A stretch of 59,984 bases of DNA from Tortispora ganteri (lineage: Eukaryota), in NCBI GenBank assembly GCA_003707115.1, contig PPNB01000036.1, positions 1 through 59,984 of the forward strand, read 5' to 3'. The notes beneath the pieces are model-generated. The model did not search any database. It saw only the letters and a list, made by a program, of their open reading frames with translations, and was not told the origin of the DNA. A program made the translations under genes and the position numbers. Positions 1-11,042 of the stretch are shown piece after piece (position 1 is the stretch's first letter; each line of letters opens with the position of its first letter).

Positions 1-726
1 GTGGGCAGGCTTGAGATGTTGAGTTTTTTTCTTATGTATGGGTTGTTGACATTTTTGTCCTTGTGTGTTGACAGCGGGGTAATTCCTACAAATAGCTCTT
101 CCTACGCATACTTTGTTGCCCTACAAGCAGGATTCTCATCTGGTGTATGCTGGTGTCTGATGCTGACGGGGTTTGTGGGTTTCCAGCTTTACGAAGATGG
201 TACCCGAAAATCAATGTATACGTTGTGGTTATCTTCTATTCTCTATGGCGCTATAACTTTCATTATCGCCCTTGTCACCTTCAAAAGTTGGGGTGGTGAT
301 TCGATAAACTCGCGAAATACCACAGCGCTATTTGTTGTTTTATACCTGATTAACATTATTTTGTGTGTAATCTATGTCATTTCACAGATCATCCTTGTCC
401 TTTTCACCATCGATTCGAAATGGCCGCTAGGCGTCATTATACTTGGTTCCTTCTTTTTTGTTGTTGGTCAAGTGCTACTTTATGCATTTTCCAGTACACT
501 TTGTGAGAGAATGAAGCATTACCTTGATGGATTGTTTTTTGCCACTTTGTGTAACCTGCTCGCGGTTATGATGATTTACAAGTTGTGGGATTCGATCACT
601 ACCGAAGACCTGGAGTTTTCAGTGGCAAACAAAGAAAATATGTGGGATGTCCGTCAGCAGCTCGAGTCTAATCGCCCATTCATGGACAGTATTCCTTATG
701 CAGACAGCGTTGAATACCAACACTAG
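1..726 (+). CDS. CHS7: Chitin synthase III export chaperone, 5'-truncated by the window edge
   Basis: Multi-TM protein with Chs7 motifs GFVGFQLYEDGT, HYLDGLFFATLCNLLAVMMIYKLWDSITTEDLEFSV. Confidence 0.93.
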   Translation: MGRLEMLSFFLMYGLLTFLSLCVDSGVIPTNSSSYAYFVALQAGFSSGVCWCLMLTGFVGFQLYEDGTRKSMYTLWLSSILYGAITFIIALVTFKSWGGDSINSRNTTALFVVLYLINIILCVIYVISQIILVLFTIDSKWPLGVIILGSFFFVVGQVLLYAFSSTLCERMKHYLDGLFFATLCNLLAVMMIYKLWDSITTEDLEFSVANKENMWDVRQQLESNRPFMDSIPYADSVEYQH

Positions 727-1011
727 TATCTTATATCTTGCTTTCGGTGATACGAGCCAGGTACTTGCTTCTCTTTACTCGCTCTGCTACTCAAATTTAC
801 TCACAAATTGTTTTTCTTTTTCTAATTGCATAGATGTCTTTGACAACATTATTTACCTGACTTATACGAAATTGAAATATACTCTTATACTACCTCTGCT
901 ATTACCCCACACTTTTACTTGGGACAATTCCGATTTCGATATCTTGAACCTCGGAACCGTAACATATGCTACAGCTTACCGTTTTTCTTCAGTAATTCTC
1001 ACTTTAGAATA

Positions 1012-2007
1012 ATGGAGTTTTCAAATTCGCTTGACAGATCGTTCCCAGATTACATGAAATTTGTGTCACTAGGGAATGACGAGTTCCAGAGTGTGAGAAA
1101 GCCCTTGAAACCGATAGTGGCTGCAGGTGCTTACGGCGGACATCTTATAGGCCAATCTATGATGGTAGCCTCTGAAACGATAGAAGGTCCTCTTTTATGT
1201 GTCACTCATTATTGCACTTTTATTAGACCAGGCCCAGTTGATATACCTATAAGATACAGAGTAGAACGGATCAACTCTGGTCGAAACTTTGCTATTCGAG
1301 TGGTCTATGCCTACGGCGTAGTGAAACCCGGTGAACTTTCCAAAATAGTATTCTACGCTTTATGCATTTTCAAAGTACCTGATACAAATACTCCGGGTAG
1401 TATGTATCATTCAAAGCCATACCCATCGTATGCGAAGCACTTCGATCCTGGGTCGCTTCCTCTGGCACCTGATACCGACATTCCAGCAGTTATTAAAGAA
1501 GTTACCGCTGCAGGAATCGAATTTCCGCTAGAAGGCATTCAAGTCAGACAGCCGAACTTTTTCGACCTTACTACCCCCTTGGGCCAATACAACTCGAAAC
1601 AGACTCCTGATTCATTGACGTTTGTGAAGTTCTTTAGATCCATTACAAAGTTTACAGGATCACACTTGGAGAAGTTAAGACTCACACTTGCGGCGCTGAA
1701 CTATATCTCTGATCGCAATTCAGTTTTTGATGTAGCAAGGAGCGAACGGAAAACCGATAACCTTGTACGGGGTGCTTCCCTGTCAAACGCGTTCATATGT
1801 CACACTGTGGACTTGCCGCCCTTAGACGATGGCAAATGGTGGACGATGATTATCAGGTCCGATGCAGCCGATGACGGCAGAGGACTATTCTGCGTATACA
1901 TGTACGATTCCAATCGGCGTCATGTAGCTACTGTTGTCCAGGATTTGATGTGCAAAACATCATCCGCCCCAGGCAGAAGGATTCGCTTAAATTCTTCTAA
2001 CATATAA
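1012..2007 (+). CDS. Acyl-CoA thioesterase II (TesB/Tes1 double hot-dog family), divergent
   Basis: AYGGHLIGQS, FIRPG..PIRYRVERINSGRNFAIRVV, NYISD, ASLSN, GRGL motifs; first ATG at 1012. Confidence 0.8.
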   Translation: MEFSNSLDRSFPDYMKFVSLGNDEFQSVRKPLKPIVAAGAYGGHLIGQSMMVASETIEGPLLCVTHYCTFIRPGPVDIPIRYRVERINSGRNFAIRVVYAYGVVKPGELSKIVFYALCIFKVPDTNTPGSMYHSKPYPSYAKHFDPGSLPLAPDTDIPAVIKEVTAAGIEFPLEGIQVRQPNFFDLTTPLGQYNSKQTPDSLTFVKFFRSITKFTGSHLEKLRLTLAALNYISDRNSVFDVARSERKTDNLVRGASLSNAFICHTVDLPPLDDGKWWTMIIRSDAADDGRGLFCVYMYDSNRRHVATVVQDLMCKTSSAPGRRIRLNSSNI

Positions 2008-2091
2008 ACTTTTTAGTTGACCAGGTGTGCATCTAGCAGCACCAAATGATAGTTGTTTGCTTATTAAATCATTTATCAGTAGAATTTGACG

Positions 2092-2649
2092 TCATTTTTT
2101 GCTTGCCTCGCGCTCAACTACTTGCGGCTCAAATTTCACGAGATATATTGTCCGTTGCGGAAACTGATCAGTGCCGCTAGAGTGAGCTGTTACTCGCGCA
2201 GGGAACTGAGCGCCATCTAGTGCCGCCTCTACAATTCCTGCAGTAAATGCCGCGCACGAGAGCTGCGATATGTCTTTCGGTACAGATATAAATGTGAGTT
2301 CAATGGGGTTATTGTCTATGATCATGTACTCGTCCTCCTCCGATCGCGATTTCTCCAATGAGTGTGCACTGCGCCCGTACAATGCTTTCCACAAATTTTG
2401 ATGCACATCCCGCATTATCTCTAAAATTTCAATCGATCGAACGCCATTCTTACCCTCGCGTAACATTACTAGTTCAGACATGCGGTAACCTACCGAATAA
2501 CCTATCGAGTTCAGTCGTTCCTCGAGCTCGTTCACACCCTTAACGTGCTTTTGTGAGTATGCCACAATCTCTGCAAATAGTAAAGCAAATAGTGAAAGCG
2601 ACACATCACCGCTTCGGCGATGCAGTGAGCGGTTATATATCGATGTCAT
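2092..2649 (-). CDS. TRS31: TRAPP complex subunit Trs31
   Basis: SIYNRSL..VSLSLFALLFAEIVAY, LEKS..EYMIIDN, FISVPK..QLSCAAFTAGIVEAALD, FPARVTAH. Confidence 0.93.
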   Translation of the reverse strand: MTSIYNRSLHRRSGDVSLSLFALLFAEIVAYSQKHVKGVNELEERLNSIGYSVGYRMSELVMLREGKNGVRSIEILEIMRDVHQNLWKALYGRSAHSLEKSRSEEDEYMIIDNNPIELTFISVPKDISQLSCAAFTAGIVEAALDGAQFPARVTAHSSGTDQFPQRTIYLVKFEPQVVEREASKK

Positions 2650-2860
2650 TTGTTTATATCTTCAATTTTGCTAGTACTGCCATTATCTGCGCGAGGTGGA
2701 GTTAACCCTTTAAGCTATTGCAAGCCCTAACCTCAGACACCGCCCTGTATCGAACACACCTTTATTGTTCAGGGACATAGTTAATCAATCCAAGGGCGAA
2801 CAGGTGGCTTGTACAGTAGTTGCTTTCTGCTTAAGAAATCGATAACTAAGTGCCACCACC

Positions 2861-3679
2861 ATGTTTGAGGTAGGAGTTTATGAGGACCGCAACGCGCGTT
2901 GCAGAAAGTCCATGGAAGATACCCATACTATTAAATCGCATTTCATGTCTTCAGAAGATGCTGGGTTCTTTGCCTTATTCGATGGTCATGCCGGGAAACA
3001 AACGGCTGAGTGGTGCAAATCTAATTTTGAATCGATTTTAGTGAATGAATTATCAAAGCATCCACATAGACCTGTTGTTGAATCTCTCAGTGAGTCTTTC
3101 TTGCAGGCCGATCGCCAGATGAGCGAGCAACCTTCACTGAAGTCGTCAGGTTCTACTGCCGCTGTCGCTCTCGTCAGAACTGAACATCGACAATTAGGTC
3201 ATTACCCTCTAAATAGAGATAGCCAAAGCGCTAAAGCCAGATTCTTATATACCGCAAACGTTGGAGATGCTAGAATAGTCCTTTCGAGACGTGGAAAAGC
3301 GTTACGGCTGTCACATGACCACAAACCAACTGATCCAGATGAGATATCTCGCATTGATAACGCCGGTGGTCTTATTATAAACGGGCGTGTGCAAGGAGTT
3401 CTCGCCATTACCCGAGCTCTTGGTGATTTGTCAGTGAAAGATTACGTTGTTAGCGCCCCGTTCACTACTGAAACTGAACTGCATTCTGAAGACAAAAGGC
3501 TGATAATAGCATGTGATGGCTTATGGGATGTTTGTACAGATCAGCAAGCAGTTGATATAGCCTCTAAATACTCTGATCCAACTGACGCTGCGAAAGCTTT
3601 GGTTGAACATGCACTTAGCTCTTTCTCCACTGATAACATAACGGTTATTATTATAAACTTCCTTTATGACAAGCTTTAA
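2861..3679 (+). CDS. PTC1: PP2C protein phosphatase Ptc1
   Basis: VGVYED..MEDTH, FDGHAG, LYTANVGDARIVL, LAITRALGD, IIACDGLWDV, STDNIT. Confidence 0.9.
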   Translation: MFEVGVYEDRNARCRKSMEDTHTIKSHFMSSEDAGFFALFDGHAGKQTAEWCKSNFESILVNELSKHPHRPVVESLSESFLQADRQMSEQPSLKSSGSTAAVALVRTEHRQLGHYPLNRDSQSAKARFLYTANVGDARIVLSRRGKALRLSHDHKPTDPDEISRIDNAGGLIINGRVQGVLAITRALGDLSVKDYVVSAPFTTETELHSEDKRLIIACDGLWDVCTDQQAVDIASKYSDPTDAAKALVEHALSSFSTDNITVIIINFLYDKL

Positions 3680-3758
3680 TATCACGAACCTCACATTACG
3701 TTTCATATCGTACGCACGATGAAATATTCTGAGCGTATCTAACAAATTACAATGTCTA

Positions 3759-5525
3759 TCACGTATATGCAAAGTCGCTTCCAAATAAACCATCACCTTT
3801 ATCGTCTTTATCCATCATGTTCCAATCATCGAACGCCCCAAAAGTTTCTTGTCCCTCGTCCAAATTCAACATGCCATCAGCAAACTGAAAATCATCTTCA
3901 AAAGTTGAGTTGAATACAAGGCCAGTGCTGTCAAAATCATTTAAACCGTCTCCATCAGTTGTGCTAACTTCAAGCTTGCCCTGCTCCTCTGGTTTGCTGG
4001 TAAGTTCACTTGATGTCTTATTCATCTCAATTTCTTGTTCCCTTCTAATCTGTTCCCGTAATATAGTAGCGCCGCGGTTTATCATAACTTCCAATACATC
4101 CAACGCTGCGTGGTATACTTGCGAATACCTTTTCAGCACGGGATCTGGATTCACTCGAGGCAACGAGGGAAAATACATATCGCCAGCAAGTTTAGCACCT
4201 GTGCTATTCAAAGCCTTTTCCTTCACTTCAAGGCGTTTAGATAAGAGGTCAGCAACTTGCACCATAGTTCCTTTGACACATTGAGAAACGGCATCACCAT
4301 ATTTAATGGCTTCCTCGTAGCTAATTGCATCTGGAAATGTTATTTCAGGGATTGGAAACTTTCCTTCAGTGACAAACCCGGCTAGAGAACCGTCATTGGT
4401 AGCATCAGTGCCACTCAGAGGAGCATTAACCCCTTGGGTAGTACCTTGAAGGTTTTGAGGAGCAGGGCTATAGCTGTTAAGAGTGACATTCGCCATATTT
4501 GGAGAAGAATTAACAGCGGTAGGTGTTGCTTTGGGAATGGTGGGACGTCTACCTCGTGTAGAAGGTTGCTTAACTGGCTGCTTCGAGGTCGGCTGTACTT
4601 TTTGAGCTTGTTGCTGTTGTTGTAATTGATGTTTTTGTATTTGTTGCTGCTGCTCCTGGTACTGCTGCTGTTGCAACTGCTGTAGTTGCTGTTTTTTTAG
4701 TTGTTGTTGCTGAAGTTGCTGTTGTTGTTGAAGTTGTTGCTGTTGCTGAAGTTGCTGCTGCAATACTTCACTGTCAAACGCTGTTATATTTTGTGTACCA
4801 TCGACATTTACGGAAGAAGGAACATAATACGGGCCATTAAGGGAAGACGCATTGTTGGCCGGACCAGACGACATTCTGTAAGGTACAGTTCCTAGAGCCT
4901 CTAGCTGCGGCGATTGCTGCAGTTGCTGAACTTGAGGCTGTCTTTGCGGTTGAGTTTGCTGCTGCAAATATTGTTGCTGATGTTGTTGCTGCTGTTGTAA
5001 CTTATACAACTGTGCTTGCGTCAACGTAGTATTCCCCTGCGCACCAGCCGAAGATCCTTGCCTACGAAAACCTTGCGCCTGCATTTGTCGCATGATATCA
5101 TGCGAATATGGCGCAGGTATCCTTGACGCTGTGTTCTGGTGCAGTTGTTGTGGCTGCTGCAGTAAATTCTGCTGTAGTTGTTGCGGGATCTGCTGCGAGA
5201 GTGACTGTTGCTGTTGCGATAGCGGTTGCTGTAGCTGAAATTGCTGTTGCAGTTGTTGAAGCTGAGACTGTTGATTTGGAATCACTTGCTGAATTTTAGC
5301 AGAATTTCGCAAATCCACTTGATTTAAGTCGAGCTGGTTAGATAGAATATCAGGCCATTGCCTTTGGCTCATTTGGTGCTGGTTATTTAGTCTCATCTGT
5401 TCTGTTATGCCTTGACGTTGGTTAGGCTGGAGGTTGTTTTGATAATTTTGGGGTATAATTCTTTGCGCATTAAACTGGCCATCCGTCGGAATCCCTTGCT
5501 GAAACTGATCTGGCGATGAGTCCAT
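3759..5525 (-). CDS. Glutamine-rich protein with C-terminal helical region and acidic tail; possible Mediator tail subunit (Med2/Med29-like)
   Basis: Long ORF, first ATG at 5525 (MDSSPDQFQQ); polyQ tracts; YHAALDVLEVMINRGATILRE helix followed by D/F-rich tail resembles fungal Med2 (family call is inference). Confidence 0.6.
   Translation of the reverse strand: MDSSPDQFQQGIPTDGQFNAQRIIPQNYQNNLQPNQRQGITEQMRLNNQHQMSQRQWPDILSNQLDLNQVDLRNSAKIQQVIPNQQSQLQQLQQQFQLQQPLSQQQQSLSQQIPQQLQQNLLQQPQQLHQNTASRIPAPYSHDIMRQMQAQGFRRQGSSAGAQGNTTLTQAQLYKLQQQQQHQQQYLQQQTQPQRQPQVQQLQQSPQLEALGTVPYRMSSGPANNASSLNGPYYVPSSVNVDGTQNITAFDSEVLQQQLQQQQQLQQQQQLQQQQLKKQQLQQLQQQQYQEQQQQIQKHQLQQQQQAQKVQPTSKQPVKQPSTRGRRPTIPKATPTAVNSSPNMANVTLNSYSPAPQNLQGTTQGVNAPLSGTDATNDGSLAGFVTEGKFPIPEITFPDAISYEEAIKYGDAVSQCVKGTMVQVADLLSKRLEVKEKALNSTGAKLAGDMYFPSLPRVNPDPVLKRYSQVYHAALDVLEVMINRGATILREQIRREQEIEMNKTSSELTSKPEEQGKLEVSTTDGDGLNDFDSTGLVFNSTFEDDFQFADGMLNLDEGQETFGAFDDWNMMDKDDKGDGLFGSDFAYT
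4600..4765 (-). repeat. CAG/CAA polyglutamine low-complexity tract
   Basis: Plus strand shows runs of tgt/tgc/gtt triplets encoding QQQLQQQQQL...; further tracts near 4960-5000 and 5140-5275. Confidence 0.85.
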
Positions 5526-5729
5526 GATTGCTTCCAAACACCGCAGATATGAGTACCAGCGTATGTTATAAGTGAAGGGTGATGAAATGTGTGATTGGGA
5601 CTCATTTGTAACGGGTGACAAGAGCTGTAAGCCTATAGAACGGTCAACTGGTAGGGTGCGTGCACGTTAGTCCAATTTATATTCAGGGTGCCAAACAACT
5701 CAAGTATTTTTAACGGCAAATTCAATAGC

Positions 5730-5738
5730 ATGAGTCAT
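5730..5738. promoter_or_regulatory. Gcn4/AP-1 consensus ATGAGTCAT
   Basis: Perfect 9-bp consensus in the divergent promoter between the Q-rich gene and CCC1. Confidence 0.45.
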
Positions 5739-6549
5739 GTTATACCTCCATTTTTTTTTTTTAGTGGGCCAATATTTCAGCCTTTTAATTATCTGTGATC
5801 GGCTTAACATTCTTCGAGATTGTGTATAATATTTCCATAGCAACAGCTAAATTGCACGTAACACCGCCTCTATGAATTGATGACATTGGAACATAGTACG
5901 ACGATTATGTGCGAAATGGTTACTTTAAAACTGTCATATTTTTTTACTCGGAGCTAGCGATAGCTACAAGCCGGAACTTGATAAGGTATTCCTTGTGCGT
6001 AATCTTACGTCATGTAAACCACTCGGAAATCACGCAAATCGAGTCGGAGAAGGGCTCGACCGCCATGTGTATAGTAAGCTATCGATGCGTCATGACCAAT
6101 CGATTTGATGCCGCACTAGACGTTTTAGACACTAAGGACCCCTTATAAGTGATAGATATTGACCAATAATGATGTTTCCATTTCGAACAAACCTGTATGA
6201 AAACTTTAAAGTGATCAACGTTCTGTTAAGGTCTGTGATACTATTTGTAAGTATCCTCATTGGTTAATTATTGTGCAACTTTCCATCGCCCCTCTCGTAA
6301 CAGTATCTGCTTTTTTTTTGTCATTCTTCTATTTTTTCCACTATCATCTATTTAAGGAAAATCTTTAGCACTTAATCGCACATTTATTCACATTCCGAGT
6401 ACTTTTATTTTGTGTTGAGGCACTCTTTGTTACTTCTTAGCGCTTGACTCCACTTGTTACTCATTCAAATCGAACATTTTGTCAGATCGACGCAAAACAT
6501 TTTGCCTGCCTCCGTTTGAAAGTGTGATATTTCATTATCTGCGTTCGGT

Positions 6550-7428
6550 ATGGTTTTAGTAATGATAAAGAGGGCGTTGATGCCTTCAAATGACAATAGC
6601 ATGCTGCCGCTATTTGCGGGGTCGAAAACTTCTCAAAGTTACAATTCACTTGATCAGAATAATGGTCACTGTACCGACTCTGCGGATCGATCAGACTCAG
6701 CAACGAACTCACGGCGAACAAGCATATCTAGTTCTAATGGTTGGCAGTCATTTGTATCTCCTCGTGTTGTGTCAGATATGGTCATTGGATTATCGGACGG
6801 GTTAACCGTACCGTTTGCATTAACAGCTGGTCTTTCATCATTAGGTGATTCACATTTAGTTATAACTGGTGGGTTTGCGGAACTTGTATCCGGCGCTATA
6901 TCTATGGGACTTGGTGGCTATTTGGCTGCTAAAGGCGAAACGGACTACTATATGTCGGCCATCGAAAGACAAAAACGGGATCTTGAATCTGACTCAATGG
7001 AACTTCCATTAGCTGTTGCGGACATTTTTGCGCCATATAATCTTTCTGAAGCTACTGTGGATGCGATAACTCAAGATCTACGTGACAGGCCTGATCAAGT
7101 TTCTAAATTTATTGTCAAATTCGGCCATGGTATAGAAGAGCCAAGCGACGGTCGTCAGTTTAGCTCAGCTCTCACTATTGGCCTCTCATATTTTATTGGC
7201 GGCTTTGTGCCTATGTTGCCATATTTTTTCACTTCGACTGTACACGACGGTCTCATACTATCAAGCATAGTAATGGCATTTACGCTGTTTTTATTTGGAT
7301 ACGTTAAAACAATTATCACTATGGACACCAAGAACGCTGCTGTGTGTCTTTGGGGCGGAATTGGTATGATGTTTGTTGGCGGTTTCGCGGCAGGTGCGGC
7401 CTATATCTTAGTCCTCTATATTTCATAA
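6550..7428 (+). CDS. CCC1: Vacuolar Fe/Mn transporter (VIT1/Ccc1)
   Basis: PRVVSDMVIGLSDGLTVPFALTAGLSSLG, ELVSGAISMGLGGYLAAK, SYFIGGFVPMLPYFF. Confidence 0.95.
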   Translation: MVLVMIKRALMPSNDNSMLPLFAGSKTSQSYNSLDQNNGHCTDSADRSDSATNSRRTSISSSNGWQSFVSPRVVSDMVIGLSDGLTVPFALTAGLSSLGDSHLVITGGFAELVSGAISMGLGGYLAAKGETDYYMSAIERQKRDLESDSMELPLAVADIFAPYNLSEATVDAITQDLRDRPDQVSKFIVKFGHGIEEPSDGRQFSSALTIGLSYFIGGFVPMLPYFFTSTVHDGLILSSIVMAFTLFLFGYVKTIITMDTKNAAVCLWGGIGMMFVGGFAAGAAYILVLYIS

Positions 7429-9673
7429 ACTAAGCAGGACATCCAATGGATTGTATTTCTTGCTTGTCTGTTAACAACACCATCTATGCTTGACCTAATA
7501 ACTAATGTCCGAAACGTTACGATTACGACCATAAAATAGCGACTTCCTACAACGAAGCAAACTCATATCACATTTCTTATGAAAACATAATAATTATTAT
7601 TTGTAGTAATGCAAGCAGATCTATTCCGCATCATATACCTACCTCCTCATTATTATGTTTGCCAATAGCATAGCCTTGGCGCAGCATCACAACATGGCGC
7701 TATTGTTCGACCGTAGAGCCATGCAGGCAATTCGCGAAACGACAGAGATTACCACATACAGTGGAGGAGAATCGCTTCAATCGGCTGTTGCCAATGCGAA
7801 AAGTTGAAGCAAAGAACCGATATGCATGTAAACGATTCATGAGAAAGTATATACAGGTGTTCAAGTGCAAAATGAACAACATTGGCTGACATTCAGCTCG
7901 CGATCTATTTAAAATTCATAGATTAAACACCTGTTCATAAGTTGAGACGAATTTAGAATATCGACATCGAATAAGACCATTTTGAGGCAGCCGCATGTGC
8001 CCGATCGCTTGTATTAGTGTAACATGCATCTTTTGATTCCACATTTATTGCATTCTCAAAACTTTCGAAGATTGTTCACTGTGAGTTTGCCACCTCTCGT
8101 TTATTTTGTTCCTATTTCGCAGGTATTATCAGTTACTAGTCTACTCTTGAATCCGCGATCTGAACAATCCCTTATGCAAAGACCGATGTACCTTGTTTTT
8201 CAAGAAAAGCAAGATGTACCGTACAAACGTAAACTTTTACTCATCTTCCCGGCAGTTGTTAGTAAAGTTCAATAACAAGAAGAAGAATTCCGGATTGCTT
8301 TTAAGATTATTCTAACCTCGTGGTATTTTCTTGCAGTATGAAGCCTTGCAAAACCACAGTAAATTGTTGGACTTGCTCCCACAGTGTGGAAACGCTAGCA
8401 CAATGACTAATATTAGCTCGAGTAACCTTGCACTGCCTCTTTCACCGGTAAAAGTTTCATTCAGCTTTACCGAAAAAGAAAAGGTTGTCAGGCCACTAAC
8501 TAACGAAGCTTTAACAAGAAACTAACTTTTGCACTCAATTTTAGGCTATTGATGATTAGCTATCGATCGAAACGATACTACTCCGTGCCAATCGGCTACC
8601 TATGTGCCTGATGATCCCATTGAGATGAATTGCTTAAAGTGAATAATCACTGACAAAGGTCATGCACCTACTAGTAGAAATAAGAGAAGTAAAAAAAATG
8701 AAATCAAACTTTAAAAAAGCGACGACCTTGAGTGTATTTCATTTATCGCTCAAAATTATTCCCCATGCACCATATCAATCACGCTTTTCTATGCTTAAAC
8801 CATTATAAAAAAGTCTTTAAATTATTCGCGTATAGTTGTACAAGGTGAATATTTAGATTTTATTTCATTTAGTCCAGTTCGCTTTCCCCTGAAGGAGCAA
8901 AGGTGGTGTAATAGAGATTCTTAATTTTACTTCAGCCAATATCATTATTATCTCGCTAAACTTTATAATATTTAAAGTTCATCGTTAAACCGTTTAGATG
9001 TTCTAGCTTTCTCTTCTTAGTTCTTAGCCTTCGCCTTCGCGCTTTGTTTTCTGCTCCGGCTATTGGCTCTGATTGCTAATACAACGAACACAATTAGCCT
9101 AGTCAATTAGTGCACACCCTGTTCATATATTAGCCACTCCCAAAGTACAGCAGAGATTGGGCATCTGTGTACCTCATTATTGTTTCGTCATAATCCCTTC
9201 GTCAAGTGCCTTGTCTAATTACTACCGGTCTTGAATACGCCATTATCTTCGGCTGTATTTTTCTGTCTTAATACCTTACTTATATCCTTTTTTGCACCTA
9301 TCTATGGTTCTTTGGTCTGTCTGCCTATATCACCGCTAGTCTTTCAATACCTCTGAGAACTGTTTCCTTTCAAAAATTGCTAGCGGTCAAACATAACGGC
9401 AGCATCACTTGCATCATCTAGTCTCAATCATTAGGTGACCAAACCAAAACAAAATTGCAGCCCATCTCTATAACTAGCTAAGCAACCTCCCCGGAATATC
9501 ATCACTTTATCGCAGCTAATTCGTAAAGATCGCATTTTTTTCTGTCTTTGCTTTACCACAAATTGCATTTAGATACCGCATTCAAGAATCACATACAACA
9601 GTAGCGGTCTGTTACTAATCTCGTGTATAAAATTTGCTCAAGTAATTGGTTGAATCGTTGAACACTGGCTTTC

Positions 9674-10624
9674 ATGGCTGATAGATATCGACCCATTCAC
9701 TGGCCGCATTCTTCTGGCGATGGTTTTGACGACCCGGCGTATAGGATTTATGAACTCCATCGGTTTCCTCAAATAACAGAAGGTTTAGACGACAAGGATG
9801 CCAGAGAAATGCTTAGATTGTGGTGTCGAATATTCACGAGTATGTCGGACTCCGACTTCGATCCAACCAAACATGTTCTCCCCATAACCAGAGTAAAGCG
9901 AGTAATGAGATCTCAACAGTCTCTGCATATGATTAATTCTGACGTGCCCTATATGATTTGCAAAGCTTGTGAAATAATAGTGCTTGAGATGACCAAACGT
10001 GCCTGGTTTCACACTGTCATAAACAACAGAAAAACCATATTGAAAAGCGATTTAATCATCGGTTCTCAAGGTTCAGCTTCTTTTGATTTCTTAATTGATT
10101 TAATTTTCCGTCTCACAACAACTAGTGATGCGATTTCACAGACAGGATATCCTAAAATTGCTCCAAGACCGGTCGCAGAGCTACCAAACATCTACAGCTC
10201 AATTGGCACACACGTATTCGCTCCATTATCGGTACCACCTGTGGCCTCAACTTCATCCAGTACTGCTTTTCACTTCCATAATATAAGTCCCTTCATTGAC
10301 CCTCAATCTGGTGGTGTATCATCGCAACACAATAGAACATTGTCTGCATCGCCAGGCCTACGACCTTCATTTGCAAGCTCTACACCACAGAACAGAGCTT
10401 CGCAACTAGGCTATCCTACAGCTGCAGTATCTACTTCAAGGGTACCTTTCGTCGATAGTGAATCGCGCTCTCATTATTCTTCAATGACACCTCCTAATAT
10501 TCTGCACCAATATTCGTATGCTTTGCAGAAGCCATTACCCGAAGGAAACAATGGGATTCCCTCAAATCCTGATACCACTCCAGATAGCTTACCGGACAAC
10601 CGATTATCTACAAGCCACCGATAG
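9674..10624 (+). CDS. Divergent NF-YC/Hap5-like histone-fold transcription factor
   Basis: LPITRVKRVM..KACEIIVLEMTKRAW..NRKTILKSD..FDFLIDL aligns with the Hap5 core; S/P-rich C-terminus. Confidence 0.75.
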   Translation: MADRYRPIHWPHSSGDGFDDPAYRIYELHRFPQITEGLDDKDAREMLRLWCRIFTSMSDSDFDPTKHVLPITRVKRVMRSQQSLHMINSDVPYMICKACEIIVLEMTKRAWFHTVINNRKTILKSDLIIGSQGSASFDFLIDLIFRLTTTSDAISQTGYPKIAPRPVAELPNIYSSIGTHVFAPLSVPPVASTSSSTAFHFHNISPFIDPQSGGVSSQHNRTLSASPGLRPSFASSTPQNRASQLGYPTAAVSTSRVPFVDSESRSHYSSMTPPNILHQYSYALQKPLPEGNNGIPSNPDTTPDSLPDNRLSTSHR

Positions 10625-11042
10625 TCATCAGCACTCGCTCGTGCGCCGCGCTCTTTCGAATATCAGTCCAGATAATCTGAATCAAGAGGTAGGTCTAGTT
10701 CATAATGAATTTACTACGACCTTTCCGCCATGGATTGTGTAGAAGCTATTACACTATTACTGTCGGGAGATGTGAACAATGGTCCTATTTTTGCTACTGT
10801 AACCTATTTGCTATTCTATTTCTTCCGCTAACAGTCTCTACATACTTATACAGTATGTATGTTGTACTATTTTTCTTTCCTACTGAGGCATATCACTAAT
10901 GGCTACTTTTTAGCAAAATTATCCTTAATAAAATTACTCCATTGCTATTTCTTTATTTGCATTCTATAGACGTAACCTTATACGGTTCATCCTCTGCGTC
11001 TATAGGCTGAAGTAAACTTAGATCTCGATACAACGCTCGACA

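Noticed and set aside
647..1012. 121-aa ORF bridging CHS7 and the thioesterase
   Set aside because: Overlaps both real genes and has no recognisable motif
8024..8525. Two short ORFs (83 and 64 aa) and a GTGAGT..CAG pair at 8081-8122
   Set aside because: No homology recognised and no branch-point consensus
10518..10742. Alternative-frame ORF extending past the Hap5-like stop (possible frameshifted tail)
   Set aside because: No slippery site or splice signals, so a frameshift cannot be supported
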